A DNA stretch of 64,000 nucleotides, taken from a virus. The notes under the pieces are model-generated. The model did not search any database. It worked only from the letters and a program-made list of their open reading frames with translations, and was not told the origin of the DNA. How positions within the stretch are numbered: the first letter of the stretch is position 1; each line of letters begins with the position of its first letter. The position numbers and the translations under genes are program-made. This document shows positions 9,422-19,333 of the stretch, piece after piece. The DNA is taken from the IMG/VR virus record IMGVR_UViG_3300037493_005286, positions 1 to 64,000 of that record. One strand, 5' to 3'.

Positions 9422-10215
9422 AAAGTTATATATTTGTGATTAGAGCTCTGAATTAATAGATCGACGCCGTTTTGTGGATCAATGCGATTATTACCTTTAG
9501 TTGGTATTGCATTAATTATATTTTTACCATCGCTAAATAGACTAGCCCAAAAACTAAATGAACCAACACTCAATACTAGATTATTATGTGAAGCTAAAAA
9601 GCAGATTGTCTCTCTTTCGTCGCCTGTAAATATTTCTGCATTATATTTTTTAATAAGTGGTAGTATATACTCTCTATCAGTCGGTGTATCTGTACATATA
9701 GTAAGCTTGCTAAAAGTAAGCATATCTAATGCTCGTTGATAATATTCAACGGGTAAGAGATCTGGGTGATTTGTCTCTCGTAGGTCACCTAATCTTATAT
9801 GTATAGCAGCATGATCAGTTGGTGTTTCATACTTAATAAAATTATACCACTTTTTAATTTGCTCTTTGTATGGTATAAAATATTTCTTTCGTTGAAAAAA
9901 GCCTTCAAGAATAATCTTTCTAGGTGTTATATCGCTACAGATTGCATCGAGATCTATATCTGGATGAGCCCATTCATTGGTATCTGAGTAATCATAATTA
10001 GAGCTAGTACCGATTTGCTGAATAGGTGTTTCGTATGAATTATAGCCATGTTGATTATAATTTAAGTCGAATCCTTTTAGAGAAAATTCTCTATGGTTTT
10101 GATCTATACCAAATAGTTTAAATTTTAATTTCTCGGAAATAATTCTACCTATTATATATTGACATAGTTGATTACCATGTCTACAGCCAGAAATATGATT
10201 AACGACTACACTCAT
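9418..10215 (-). CDS. GT11 alpha-1,2-fucosyltransferase-like
   Basis: RHGNQLCQY, GFFQ, AIHIRLGD, YYQRA, SFSFWASL. Confidence 0.85.
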   Translation of the reverse strand: MSVVVNHISGCRHGNQLCQYIIGRIISEKLKFKLFGIDQNHREFSLKGFDLNYNQHGYNSYETPIQQIGTSSNYDYSDTNEWAHPDIDLDAICSDITPRKIILEGFFQRKKYFIPYKEQIKKWYNFIKYETPTDHAAIHIRLGDLRETNHPDLLPVEYYQRALDMLTFSKLTICTDTPTDREYILPLIKKYNAEIFTGDERETICFLASHNNLVLSVGSFSFWASLFSDGKNIINAIPTKGNNRIDPQNGVDLLIQSSNHKYITL

Positions 10216-10255
10216 ATTATGATTTAACGTTTAATTGCAACAATGCAATTTTATA

Positions 10256-11173
10256 TTATATGTCTTTATAAAAGTTTTTCATATAACCTTCCGGTGAAAG
10301 ATATTCTTCCCACATTCTTCTTATATCTACAGGTTTAATTTTACACTCTCTAATTAATGATGGTAATTGATCAAGTTTATTTTCATCAATTTTAATAATA
10401 TAGTTACTCCAATCTATTACCTTCTCAAAAGGTAATGAAGTATCTGTGTCAATTAAAATAGGAATTCTACCCATGCATAATGCTTCATAAAATCTATACG
10501 AAAAATTACCTGCGCCGCGTACACAAAGAGTGTATAAATTGTTTGCAATATTAGCGCAGTATTCGCGCCTTGTATTAATATTAACCTGGCCTGTATTATG
10601 ATAAAAGGTAGATCTTATAATAAAATTGCAGTTATCAGAACCAACAACGCTGTTAATTTTGGTTAAAATTCTTGATCTTATACCTTCTGAATGACCACAA
10701 AAACCTATACTTTGTTTAATATTAGAAGCGTTTAGAATGTTATTAATAGAGGAATGATCAGGTACAAATACAGGTAATATGCGTTCATTAACTCCAAGTT
10801 GAGATTTGAGAACTGACGTTCTAAAGAGAATAAGATTGGCAGGGAGATTAAAAGAATCTGTAAAATCATCATTATAAAATGCGACAACTTTTTTATTGTA
10901 TTTTTGAGCGTCACTACATATATTAATGACTCTTTCATCGGTAGGAGAATACTTAAATGGTATACCTACTATATCACATTCTTCGAGGGTTGTATTAGTT
11001 AGTATAGAACTATTAAAAAACAACTTTGTGAATAATCCCTCGTTCCACCAGTTAGCTCGTTGCTGAATTTCACTATATAGCGATTGATCAATAAAAGGTA
11101 TTATTAGAAAAATTTCTGTAAAGCATTGTAGATCATCTTTTCGAAGAACGTTAGGTATGTGTATTTTTGTCAT
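10256..11173 (-). CDS. Exostosin-family (GT47) glycosyltransferase
   Basis: IGFCG, YTLCVRGAGNFSYRFYEALCMGRIPI, LPFEKVIDW. Confidence 0.8.
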   Translation of the reverse strand: MTKIHIPNVLRKDDLQCFTEIFLIIPFIDQSLYSEIQQRANWWNEGLFTKLFFNSSILTNTTLEECDIVGIPFKYSPTDERVINICSDAQKYNKKVVAFYNDDFTDSFNLPANLILFRTSVLKSQLGVNERILPVFVPDHSSINNILNASNIKQSIGFCGHSEGIRSRILTKINSVVGSDNCNFIIRSTFYHNTGQVNINTRREYCANIANNLYTLCVRGAGNFSYRFYEALCMGRIPILIDTDTSLPFEKVIDWSNYIIKIDENKLDQLPSLIRECKIKPVDIRRMWEEYLSPEGYMKNFYKDI

Positions 11174-11177
11174 TAGA

Positions 11178-12026
11178 TTATATATTTTGTAATGTTTTAA
11201 GAATATTTTTTGACATACCTTCCATAGTAAAATATTCCTCGTAAATCTGCTTACCTATTTTAAGCATTTGTTCGTAGTGTTGATCTGTCACGTTAAGTAG
11301 TTTTTCTTTTAAAGTATCTATTTCACTTTCATGAACAAAAATACAAAAACTTTTCCAATCAATTGTATCTTTAAAAGGTAGCCATTCCTTATCATATACA
11401 ATAACAGGTACTGAATTTAATTGTAGAACTTCATATAATCTAAAACTCTGCGCTCCATAACCGCGTGGACATAGGGTGAATTTCGAATGTTTAGTTATAT
11501 TTATAAATGTACTAAAATCATCATCACTTACAGATGGAGTCCAATTCTTACCCCTTAAAACAAAATCTGTATCGTTGGAGTACTGATGATATATTTTGTT
11601 TCTTATATCGTGAGTTATAGAGCCTGTAAATGAACAAAATATTTCTTTTGGAAGAGGAGTTTTATGTTCTTCTGCTAGAGGTGAACAAATTAACGGTATA
11701 GGTATGCCGTTACCGTTACCTCCTGCTTCAAAACTCAGAGTGTTGATAGGTAGTATTTCCTTTACAGCGTCATCATGCTGTGATATAGTAAAGTAATTAC
11801 TAGGTGGTAATGCATTTAGGTATGGCTGTATTAGATTAATATTTGTGTTTGTTATATAGACGTTTGTCCAAAAAATAGGAATAAGGGTATACCCTGTTTC
11901 GTCGAACTTATCTTTATTTTCTTTATAAAATTTATAAAAATATTCTTCTAGATAATTACCGACGTGGTAAGGGGGATATACAGGGTAATCAGCAGGCGGT
12001 CTTAAGTTTTTAAAGTTAATACTCAT
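11178..12026 (-). CDS. Exostosin-family (GT47) glycosyltransferase
   Basis: FTGSITHDIR, SKFTLCPRGYGAQSFRLYEVLQLNSVPV, LPFKDTIDW. Confidence 0.85.
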   Translation of the reverse strand: MSINFKNLRPPADYPVYPPYHVGNYLEEYFYKFYKENKDKFDETGYTLIPIFWTNVYITNTNINLIQPYLNALPPSNYFTISQHDDAVKEILPINTLSFEAGGNGNGIPIPLICSPLAEEHKTPLPKEIFCSFTGSITHDIRNKIYHQYSNDTDFVLRGKNWTPSVSDDDFSTFINITKHSKFTLCPRGYGAQSFRLYEVLQLNSVPVIVYDKEWLPFKDTIDWKSFCIFVHESEIDTLKEKLLNVTDQHYEQMLKIGKQIYEEYFTMEGMSKNILKTLQNI

Positions 12027-12715
12027 TTAAGTTTGTCTCTTACAATATTCAGTAGGTTGATTTTATTAGTAATCCCTGCTGTCCAGTTAGCATGGTGTAT
12101 AACGATATCAGTAGGTACATTAAAATCATCTGCCTCGGGTGTCCAGCTACCCTTATATGTATTTGAGTCTTTACCTGGCTGTGCAGCTATATGACCATAC
12201 GTCCAATATTTTGCAGGTAAAAATGACCAGTCTATAGCAATTGATGGAAACTTACTACTATTAGTCAGTAGGTGATTTGCTAATACTTGTTCCTGACTAA
12301 ACGAGTCTAGATTACCTAAAATAGTTTTAAAGAACGATCGAACTTTCTTATTATTTTTAGCAGCAAAAAATCCTGTATTGACTCCGCCGAAAACATCGTT
12401 TTGAAAAACAGCGTCTTTATTTTTCAAACTATCAATAATATCATCATAGAAATCACCAAAGAATTGAATATCTGGATCTATAAACATAAAGATTTCATCC
12501 TCTTTACATTTTTCTATACCTTCAATAAAACAGTTAACTTTATCTCTCATTGTATCGTGCCAACCTTCTGTTTCGAAACTAGCCGTCTTACAGCGTTGAG
12601 GTCGGTATAATATAGTAAGTTCTACTTCTTCGTGGTATGGAAAAGTAGGTAGTAAATAGTCAGTTAAGAATATTTTATGAGAGTCAGTAAATAAGGTATA
12701 CGCTTTAATTTTCAT
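12023..12715 (-). CDS. Nucleotide-diphospho-sugar transferase (GT77-like)
   Basis: FIDPDIQFF, NTGFF, QEQ, HHANW..G..NK. Confidence 0.75.
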   Translation of the reverse strand: MKIKAYTLFTDSHKIFLTDYLLPTFPYHEEVELTILYRPQRCKTASFETEGWHDTMRDKVNCFIEGIEKCKEDEIFMFIDPDIQFFGDFYDDIIDSLKNKDAVFQNDVFGGVNTGFFAAKNNKKVRSFFKTILGNLDSFSQEQVLANHLLTNSSKFPSIAIDWSFLPAKYWTYGHIAAQPGKDSNTYKGSWTPEADDFNVPTDIVIHHANWTAGITNKINLLNIVRDKLK

Positions 12716-14133
12716 TGATTATTAATGTTGAAGTAATTTCTCTGTCTTGTCATATACGTAATTTTATCTACCTCTTCGTAGACTTCATTATGTAAATACG
12801 TTTCGTCGAAGCCATTATTTGTTACAGAATGGTGGTCGTGTTTTATAATTACTTGATCAAAATATTTCTGCTTATTAAGTATATTACCTACTTGCGTAAA
12901 TTCCATATCACACCATAGAGACTTATATTCAGGGTTGTATATATACTCAAATCTATTATAATAGTTTTTACCTAAAATGCAAAGTGTATTAAGTCTGTTT
13001 TGTTGTATACCGTCATTAAACCATACAATACCATCAAAATCAGGAAAGGTATTACACATAGCTTTAATAATAATCGAATCATAACCTCTAACTACAGGTA
13101 TCATATCATCAGATGCAAGTAGTACTATTTGAAAATCTTGCTGCATCACTCCTGCATTAATAGCTTCTATTTTACTTTTACTATTACCATACTCAACTTC
13201 CAGGTTAGTATAGTTTTTAAACCTATTTTTTACCTCTGAATTATTCATTACAATATCGTCATTATCACAGGTAATAAGAAACTTTACATTACACTTACCT
13301 GATAAAAATTCATAATATTTGTCTAAGGTACTAAAGAATTTTTCTACCCGTCCTCTAGTTGGAAATTTTATTAATAATTTAGGCTCTTCGTATATAAATG
13401 TATTTGATATTTTAGTGCTTTTATATTGCTGTTTTATATTTTGAAAAGCTTGATATTTTTGCTCATACGCATTTACAAAAGCAGGATTATTATGTGTACC
13501 ACCAAAATCAATACCTGTATCTTCTTTAGTGTTGTCGAATTTATTTTTATACCAACTCATACCTTCTAGATGACTGTAGTGTGTATTTTCAAGATTAACA
13601 TTACCTATTTTTAAATTACAGTTTTTAATATCTTCCAGGAACGTAGAGCCTATATCATATATTTTATTAGTGCTAAAGCTAGCTTTCATTCTTGCTTCGT
13701 CAAAAAAGGTAATATTGTGATGCTTAATTTTTTCTACATCAATAAAGCAATGCCATGGATTAACTCTATTGTATATAGATTTACCTCCACGGTCACCTTC
13801 AACCTTACCCATAACAGCTAGATCCATATCTTTAAACTGTTGGAAAATAACGCTATGATCTTTTAAGAAAATAACATCAGTATCGACAAGAAGAGCATAT
13901 TTAGTTTTACATAATTTTAGAGCTTCATTAACCCCATCTCCATGACTCATTCCTGGTCGTGATATGTATGGTACTTTATGTTCGTCTAATAATCTTTTTG
14001 TATCACTGTTTGTTGAATTATCACAAACAATAAGTCTTTGTGTTCTATTATGTATACTCATCCAGGATTTTAACATTGTTAATGTTATATCAGGCGTATT
14101 ATATGAACATGTAATTAGGGTAAGCTCGTCCAT
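12712..14133 (-). CDS. Two-domain GT2/GT-A glycosyltransferase
   Basis: N-domain ITCSYNT..DNS..VDTD; C-domain KFPTRGR..LASDDMIP..YKSLWCD. Confidence 0.8.
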   Translation of the reverse strand: MDELTLITCSYNTPDITLTMLKSWMSIHNRTQRLIVCDNSTNSDTKRLLDEHKVPYISRPGMSHGDGVNEALKLCKTKYALLVDTDVIFLKDHSVIFQQFKDMDLAVMGKVEGDRGGKSIYNRVNPWHCFIDVEKIKHHNITFFDEARMKASFSTNKIYDIGSTFLEDIKNCNLKIGNVNLENTHYSHLEGMSWYKNKFDNTKEDTGIDFGGTHNNPAFVNAYEQKYQAFQNIKQQYKSTKISNTFIYEEPKLLIKFPTRGRVEKFFSTLDKYYEFLSGKCNVKFLITCDNDDIVMNNSEVKNRFKNYTNLEVEYGNSKSKIEAINAGVMQQDFQIVLLASDDMIPVVRGYDSIIIKAMCNTFPDFDGIVWFNDGIQQNRLNTLCILGKNYYNRFEYIYNPEYKSLWCDMEFTQVGNILNKQKYFDQVIIKHDHHSVTNNGFDETYLHNEVYEEVDKITYMTRQRNYFNINNQ

Positions 14134-14966
14134 TTGCTTTTAATAATTTCTAACGACTTTATTACATTTTGCTTACTTTGAAATGGTGTTGTGTTTGGAT
14201 ACACACCATGCTTCTTAAGGTATATTTCTCTACCCTTATATGTATTTTCTACCCATTCTTTTTGATTTGTAGATGTTGTACTTTTTTCAATTGCATCTTC
14301 TTGAACCTTTAAATAGTTAACGCTATTTCTAATATCTGCAAACCACCAGAATGGAGGATGATCTCCTTTCAATATAATGCGGTAGGTATGATCAACATGT
14401 TCCCATGCGTTAATAAAAGCTTCGTCGTGTAGCCCAACTTTTTCTAAAACTTGTCGTGTAAAAAAGCTAAAGCTCCCTACAATATGTTCGTATAGATCAA
14501 TAGCTATATCTTTAGTATACTCTACAGTTAGTTTAGTTCTAGGTTCTGTACAATTATCTAATAGATGTCTATTATATAAATCGTAACTCTTAATAGATTG
14601 CTTACGATTAAAAGGTGAACCCGGTCCATAATTAAAATGCTGTATACCTGTTGCTTTGTGAGTGTTTATATAAACATTAAATACATTTGTATCTAATATA
14701 ATCATATCATCCTCAATAATAAAAATATAATCGCAACCTTTATCTAAAAGATGTTGCATAGCTTTATTTTTTGATTTACCTACGCCTAAGTTTACATCAT
14801 TATCAATCCATTGACCGAAAGAGAGGTCAAATTCTGTTATAGGCTTACCGTCATTTACTACTACTAAATGATCAATCTTACCTTCGTGTTCTGCAGGCAG
14901 TGAATTCATAAGTGATTGTAGGTATTCTGGTCTATTACATGTAATAATTCCTACGCCAATCTTCAT
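14115..14966 (-). CDS. GT2 glycosyltransferase (start revised to MKIGVG)
   Basis: GIITCNRPEYL, VVVNDG, NLGVGKSKN, IIEDD; sigma70-like promoter directly upstream of 14966. Confidence 0.85.
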   Translation of the reverse strand: MKIGVGIITCNRPEYLQSLMNSLPAEHEGKIDHLVVVNDGKPITEFDLSFGQWIDNDVNLGVGKSKNKAMQHLLDKGCDYIFIIEDDMIILDTNVFNVYINTHKATGIQHFNYGPGSPFNRKQSIKSYDLYNRHLLDNCTEPRTKLTVEYTKDIAIDLYEHIVGSFSFFTRQVLEKVGLHDEAFINAWEHVDHTYRIILKGDHPPFWWFADIRNSVNYLKVQEDAIEKSTTSTNQKEWVENTYKGREIYLKKHGVYPNTTPFQSKQNVIKSLEIIKSKWTSLP

Positions 14967-15021
14967 ACTTAAATTTATGAACATATCCGCACAAATCAAT
15001 CTTGAATAATTAAATATGTAT

Positions 15022-15636
15022 ATGGCCTGTACAGATGGAACAAAACTATACACTAATATTAAGGAACTTCCCGTAACTACAGATATTACAAACGGTGATT
15101 TTCTTATTGTAGAGACTCCTACCGGTACTAATATACTTGATTATACGGACTTATTAATAACGCTAGATAACACAACATTTGCAGGTGTAATCAGTGGTAA
15201 TACGACTGATATTTTATCACTCCAGACACAGTTTAACACGTTAAGCTCTACATTAACAACACAAGTCCAAGAAGTTAGCGCACAAACAGATCGCTCTTAT
15301 ACGTATGCTGTATTTTCTCTAACTACTTATAGTAGTGCAGGTGCAGACGTTAATTCTGGTGAACGTAATATACCTATACTAAATGGATCTAATATTGCAA
15401 GTATAACTCTAAATACTACTACGTCTTTTAATATAGGTACTAGTGCTGTTACTATTAACTTTTTAACAAACTTTGCTAGTAATAATTACTGTGTAACTTT
15501 TGGTGCACAGGACACTATTAATAGACCGCTTGTATCGGCAAAATCTTTTGGTACAAACAGTCTATCTTTAGAAGTTACAAATTCATCAAATGCATTTTGT
15601 ACAGCAAATAGAGTTTGTGTTCAAATTATTAATTAG
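15022..15636 (+). CDS. Late virion-associated protein (tail fibre/baseplate-like)
   Basis: TAAATA 5 nt before ATG; IKELPVTTDITNGDFLIVE N-terminus; Thr/Ser/Asn-rich beta-type C-terminus. Confidence 0.55.
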   Translation: MACTDGTKLYTNIKELPVTTDITNGDFLIVETPTGTNILDYTDLLITLDNTTFAGVISGNTTDILSLQTQFNTLSSTLTTQVQEVSAQTDRSYTYAVFSLTTYSSAGADVNSGERNIPILNGSNIASITLNTTTSFNIGTSAVTINFLTNFASNNYCVTFGAQDTINRPLVSAKSFGTNSLSLEVTNSSNAFCTANRVCVQIIN

Positions 15637-16367
15637 TATTTAATACCGAATTTTTTAAATAATTCTTTTTCAGCCTCTTCTTTACCGAGAGCAGTTTGCT
15701 GCTGCTTCATGAGAGTTTCAATTGCTGTTAAGTTTTCAGGAGTAAATAAAGATTGCTCATCTCCATATATATCTCCACTTGGTGAGATATATTCTGCAAT
15801 TGTATCAATACGTTGTTGCGGCTTAGTAGGCAGTACAATTATACCTGGTGAATCATCTTTTGGAAAGAAGATATCAGCATCGTAATTTTGCTCGTATTGC
15901 AAGAATAGCGAGTTAAATATGTTATCTATTTCCTCAATATACTCTTTATTAACTTCGCGTAGCTCATCATCCACAATTTTGATGCTTGGATCATATCTTA
16001 ATAAAAATATAATATCTAAGTGCCTCATAGACTCCTTTGTGAGGCTAATGCACTTATCTACATATTCTTTATCAAACCCCTCAATCTCTTTATTATGCGC
16101 CCATAAAGTATATACTAAGTTATCTAGAGGACATCTATCAAAAACGACATTGGAATCCTTATCATGCTCTTGAAGCTGATCGATCATAAAATTTAAGATA
16201 TCCCATTGAGTATCTGTCGTTGTTTTTGATGAATGTTCAAGATTTTTTTCTTTAATTAAATCTCTATATGTCTTTTCTGGAGTTTTGTAGTTTGACCAAA
16301 CTGCTAGAAAGTTTTTAACAAGAGTAGACTTACCTGTATTAGCTGTACCGGAGATTGCAATGCGCAT
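15633..16367 (-). CDS. P-loop nucleotide kinase-like (AAA_28/NadR-type)
   Basis: RIAISGTANTGKST, FDRCPLDNLVY. Confidence 0.75.
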   Translation of the reverse strand: MRIAISGTANTGKSTLVKNFLAVWSNYKTPEKTYRDLIKEKNLEHSSKTTTDTQWDILNFMIDQLQEHDKDSNVVFDRCPLDNLVYTLWAHNKEIEGFDKEYVDKCISLTKESMRHLDIIFLLRYDPSIKIVDDELREVNKEYIEEIDNIFNSLFLQYEQNYDADIFFPKDDSPGIIVLPTKPQQRIDTIAEYISPSGDIYGDEQSLFTPENLTAIETLMKQQQTALGKEEAEKELFKKFGIKY

Positions 16368-16385
16368 AATATTATATAGTTTAAC

Positions 16386-16985
16386 TTACATATTTTTCAA
16401 GAACGAAGCCCACTCTTCTTTATAAATTTCAAAAGATAATCCCTTATTAGGATTATATGGCTTGTACTTTAATTTTAGTCCAACCTGCTCCGGAGTAAAT
16501 GATGCTTTTTTGGAATTAGTCAGTCTATCGCAGCATACCATATTCTCCCATGTATCTGTACCACCTCTGCTTTTTGGTACAATATGATCTACACTAAGTT
16601 CATCTTTAGCTAATTTTTTACCTGTATATACACACGTAAAATTGTCGCGTTTAAGTATATTTTGTTTTGTAGGAAACGATACTCTATTATAGACAATTTT
16701 ATCGTAGCGTGAACACACTACTACGGATGGTATACGTACAGGGCCGCGCGCTGTTTGAATATACTCATCATAAGGCCTTATAGGTAACTGCAACCATTCA
16801 CTTACAGACGTTATAGGTACAAAGTATTCAATAACCTCCTGATTAACTACATTTTCATCTGTAGTTTCATAGCTAATATCAAGCGGTACTACGGATTTAG
16901 AGAAAATATTACCGAAGGTCTTTTCTAGGCTTTCAACAGCAATTGGAAAATAATATTTATTGAGAACTAAAATTTTAGCTTTCAT
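16386..16985 (-). CDS. HNH endonuclease (McrA/HNH_5-like, bacterial type)
   Basis: LVLNK.Y.P, NILKRDNFTCVYTG, VDHIVPKSRGG..TWENMV...N..K. Confidence 0.9.
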   Translation of the reverse strand: MKAKILVLNKYYFPIAVESLEKTFGNIFSKSVVPLDISYETTDENVVNQEVIEYFVPITSVSEWLQLPIRPYDEYIQTARGPVRIPSVVVCSRYDKIVYNRVSFPTKQNILKRDNFTCVYTGKKLAKDELSVDHIVPKSRGGTDTWENMVCCDRLTNSKKASFTPEQVGLKLKYKPYNPNKGLSFEIYKEEWASFLKNM

Positions 16986-17743
16986 TAAACTTTTAAAGCA
17001 AGATTCCAGAGAACCAAATGGAGTCTTGGACTAAAGTTAACATTCATAGCCTTAGCATACTCTGCTACCGCCGGAGCTTTTTCAAGATGCTCGTCACGAG
17101 ATCCGCAGCAAGGCATAAACCACACACGATTAAGAGGTACATTGATTCCATTGTCATGACTAATATATTTACGCCAAATCTCATCTATATCCTCGGAACG
17201 ACTAATAACAAATTTAAATCCCGAATGATTACTAACATGCCATTTAAGAACATCAGGTTTGTAAGTCTTTTCTTCTGGATCACCGTTTGTAGTTAGTTTA
17301 GGTGATGTAGTAAACGTCGCTTTAAATTCACTTACCCAGCGATCATCCGGTTTAAGTGTTGCATTAGTTTCAAAGTCAATACGTGGTAAAAATCCATACT
17401 TCTTATCGAACGCTTCTACTAATTTGAGTAACTGCTTTTGCTGAATCATAGGTTCACCTCCAGTAAGTTTCCAGATGGCACCTTTAAAGAGTTTAGCAGT
17501 GTAATTATTATCATCCATTAACTTAAAGATTTCATTAAATGTCATCTTATTTTTAACGGACCACGATACGTACGAGTCACATCCATTAGGAGAGTCTTCA
17601 GACGCAAATCCTACACAAGTAAGATTACACATGGACATTCTCATGAATACAGATGGCTGTCCAATATATTCTCCTTCTCCTTCAATAGTATAAAAAATAA
17701 GGTCGTCCGATAAAAATAGCGTTTCTGTATCACAGTCAATCAT
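16985..17743 (-). CDS. queE: 7-carboxy-7-deazaguanine synthase (radical SAM); start may be 17743 or 17770
   Basis: IFYTIEGEG..IGQPSVFMR, CNLTC..GCDS, LTGGEP, ETN, SPKL, SPRLH. Confidence 0.9.
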   Translation of the reverse strand: MIDCDTETLFLSDDLIFYTIEGEGEYIGQPSVFMRMSMCNLTCVGFASEDSPNGCDSYVSWSVKNKMTFNEIFKLMDDNNYTAKLFKGAIWKLTGGEPMIQQKQLLKLVEAFDKKYGFLPRIDFETNATLKPDDRWVSEFKATFTTSPKLTTNGDPEEKTYKPDVLKWHVSNHSGFKFVISRSEDIDEIWRKYISHDNGINVPLNRVWFMPCCGSRDEHLEKAPAVAEYAKAMNVNFSPRLHLVLWNLALKV

Positions 17744-17801
17744 ATTATTATTATTATATAACAGTTCCATATTTCAAGTGTTTTGATTAAATATTCTTAA
17801 C

Positions 17802-18551
17802 ATGACCCGTAAAGTGGCGCGCAAGCGCAAGACTGCTGGTTTGGAGGAAGCTGCGGATTTCGAAGCTTCTTTTCAAAAAAACTGGATACTTGATTTTAAA
17901 ATCAAGAGACCCTTCCACTTCAACACTAATCATCAACAGTTCTTTAATAGTATAAAGCATGATGATACAAACATGGCTTTTGTAGCAGGACCAGCTGGTA
18001 GCGCTAAGTCATATATTGCAGTGTTAGCGGGCCTTGAATTACTCAAGGAGAAGAAAATAACAAGTATTATATACATTAGATCTGTTATTGAATCTGCATC
18101 GCGTAGCATTGGGGCTCTACCGGGAGAGATAGATGACAAGTTCTCTCCGTATGCTATGCCCCTTATTGAAAAGATAACAGAAATTACAGATGCTAGTACA
18201 TGTAATAATCTTAAATCAAACGAAATTATTCGTGCAGTGCCTGTTAACTTTGTTAGAGGTCTTACCTTTAACGATTCGTTAGTTATAGTTGACGAAGCTC
18301 AAAATTTACAAAAATCCGAGTTAGTTACAATCTTAACACGCTTTGGTAAAAATACTAAGTATGTTATTTGCGGTGATTTAAATCAAAGCGATATTGGTAA
18401 ACAATCCGGATTTAAAGAAGTGTACGATCGCTTCGATACGGACGAATGCGTGGATCATAAAATCCACGCATTCGAATTTGGAGAATCTGAAATCGTTAGA
18501 AGTAAGATTCTTAAGTTTATTGTTAAGGTATTAGAAGCTAAGCAGCATTAA
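17802..18551 (+). CDS. phoH: PhoH-like ATPase
   Basis: GPAGSAKS, IGALPG, FVRGLTF, VDEAQN, TRFG, GDLNQSD. Confidence 0.92.
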   Translation: MTRKVARKRKTAGLEEAADFEASFQKNWILDFKIKRPFHFNTNHQQFFNSIKHDDTNMAFVAGPAGSAKSYIAVLAGLELLKEKKITSIIYIRSVIESASRSIGALPGEIDDKFSPYAMPLIEKITEITDASTCNNLKSNEIIRAVPVNFVRGLTFNDSLVIVDEAQNLQKSELVTILTRFGKNTKYVICGDLNQSDIGKQSGFKEVYDRFDTDECVDHKIHAFEFGESEIVRSKILKFIVKVLEAKQH

Positions 18552-19252
18552 TTACCCCACGATGTGCCGCCGAAGAGGTTGCCCATTCCTGATGTAACAG
18601 CATTACCTACAACTGCACCTCGTGACGTCATACGACCGGGTGCAGGAGTATCGTCTACTGGTTGTACCTTTGCGATATTTTCACCCGGTGTAGTTGATCC
18701 CATAGTAACTGTGTTTTGAGTCATGGACGACCCGATTTCAAAAGTACTATCTAAAATTGTAGGTTGTATATCTACTCTAAAGCTTTGCGTTTGTGTAGCT
18801 GCTTGTTCTTGTGAATAGGTAGCAGAGTTTTCTTCATGTTCAAACACTTCAACTTTATCTACCCAGCAACGGCCATTTGTAAGATTACGTACATATTTAT
18901 CAGCAATGGTAAATACATTTTCAGCTGCTCGTTCAATGCCAACACCACCTTCAAGAATCTGAAGCTGAATAATTCCCTTATCATTTAAAGCTTTAAACGT
19001 ATTAAGTTCTGGATCATCTGCAGCTACTGTGGTTGTATGATCGTAAATACTTTGTAGTAGGGCTTTGAGTTCTTTAAGACCTCCAAAATCTACAACCCAA
19101 TTTTTATCATCTAAGGATGATCCGTTAAACCATAGCTTAGCTTTAAGCTGATAACCATGTAGATACTTACAATGCGATTGTGATGCGCGCCATTGACGAA
19201 AAGCGCATGAACCGAGCTCGATTACTTTTGTTGATTGAAAAACAGGTTTCAT
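18548..19252 (-). CDS. queD: 6-carboxytetrahydropterin synthase with C-terminal extension
   Basis: HCKYLHGY, WVVDFGGLK, DHTT, EVFEHEENSA. Confidence 0.88.
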   Translation of the reverse strand: MKPVFQSTKVIELGSCAFRQWRASQSHCKYLHGYQLKAKLWFNGSSLDDKNWVVDFGGLKELKALLQSIYDHTTTVAADDPELNTFKALNDKGIIQLQILEGGVGIERAAENVFTIADKYVRNLTNGRCWVDKVEVFEHEENSATYSQEQAATQTQSFRVDIQPTILDSTFEIGSSMTQNTVTMGSTTPGENIAKVQPVDDTPAPGRMTSRGAVVGNAVTSGMGNLFGGTSWGN

Positions 19253-19333
19253 ATATCGTATATTGTATGATACCGACGAGTTATTATCAACTATAAAAAT
19301 GTTAAGTTAAAAGGAACTTATATACTATTAGGC

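Noticed and set aside
4755-14966. Giant eukaryotic virus or bacterial chromosome origin
   Set aside because: gp55, gp32, gp45, gp15, UvsX/Y/W and TATAAATA promoters identify a T4-like phage.
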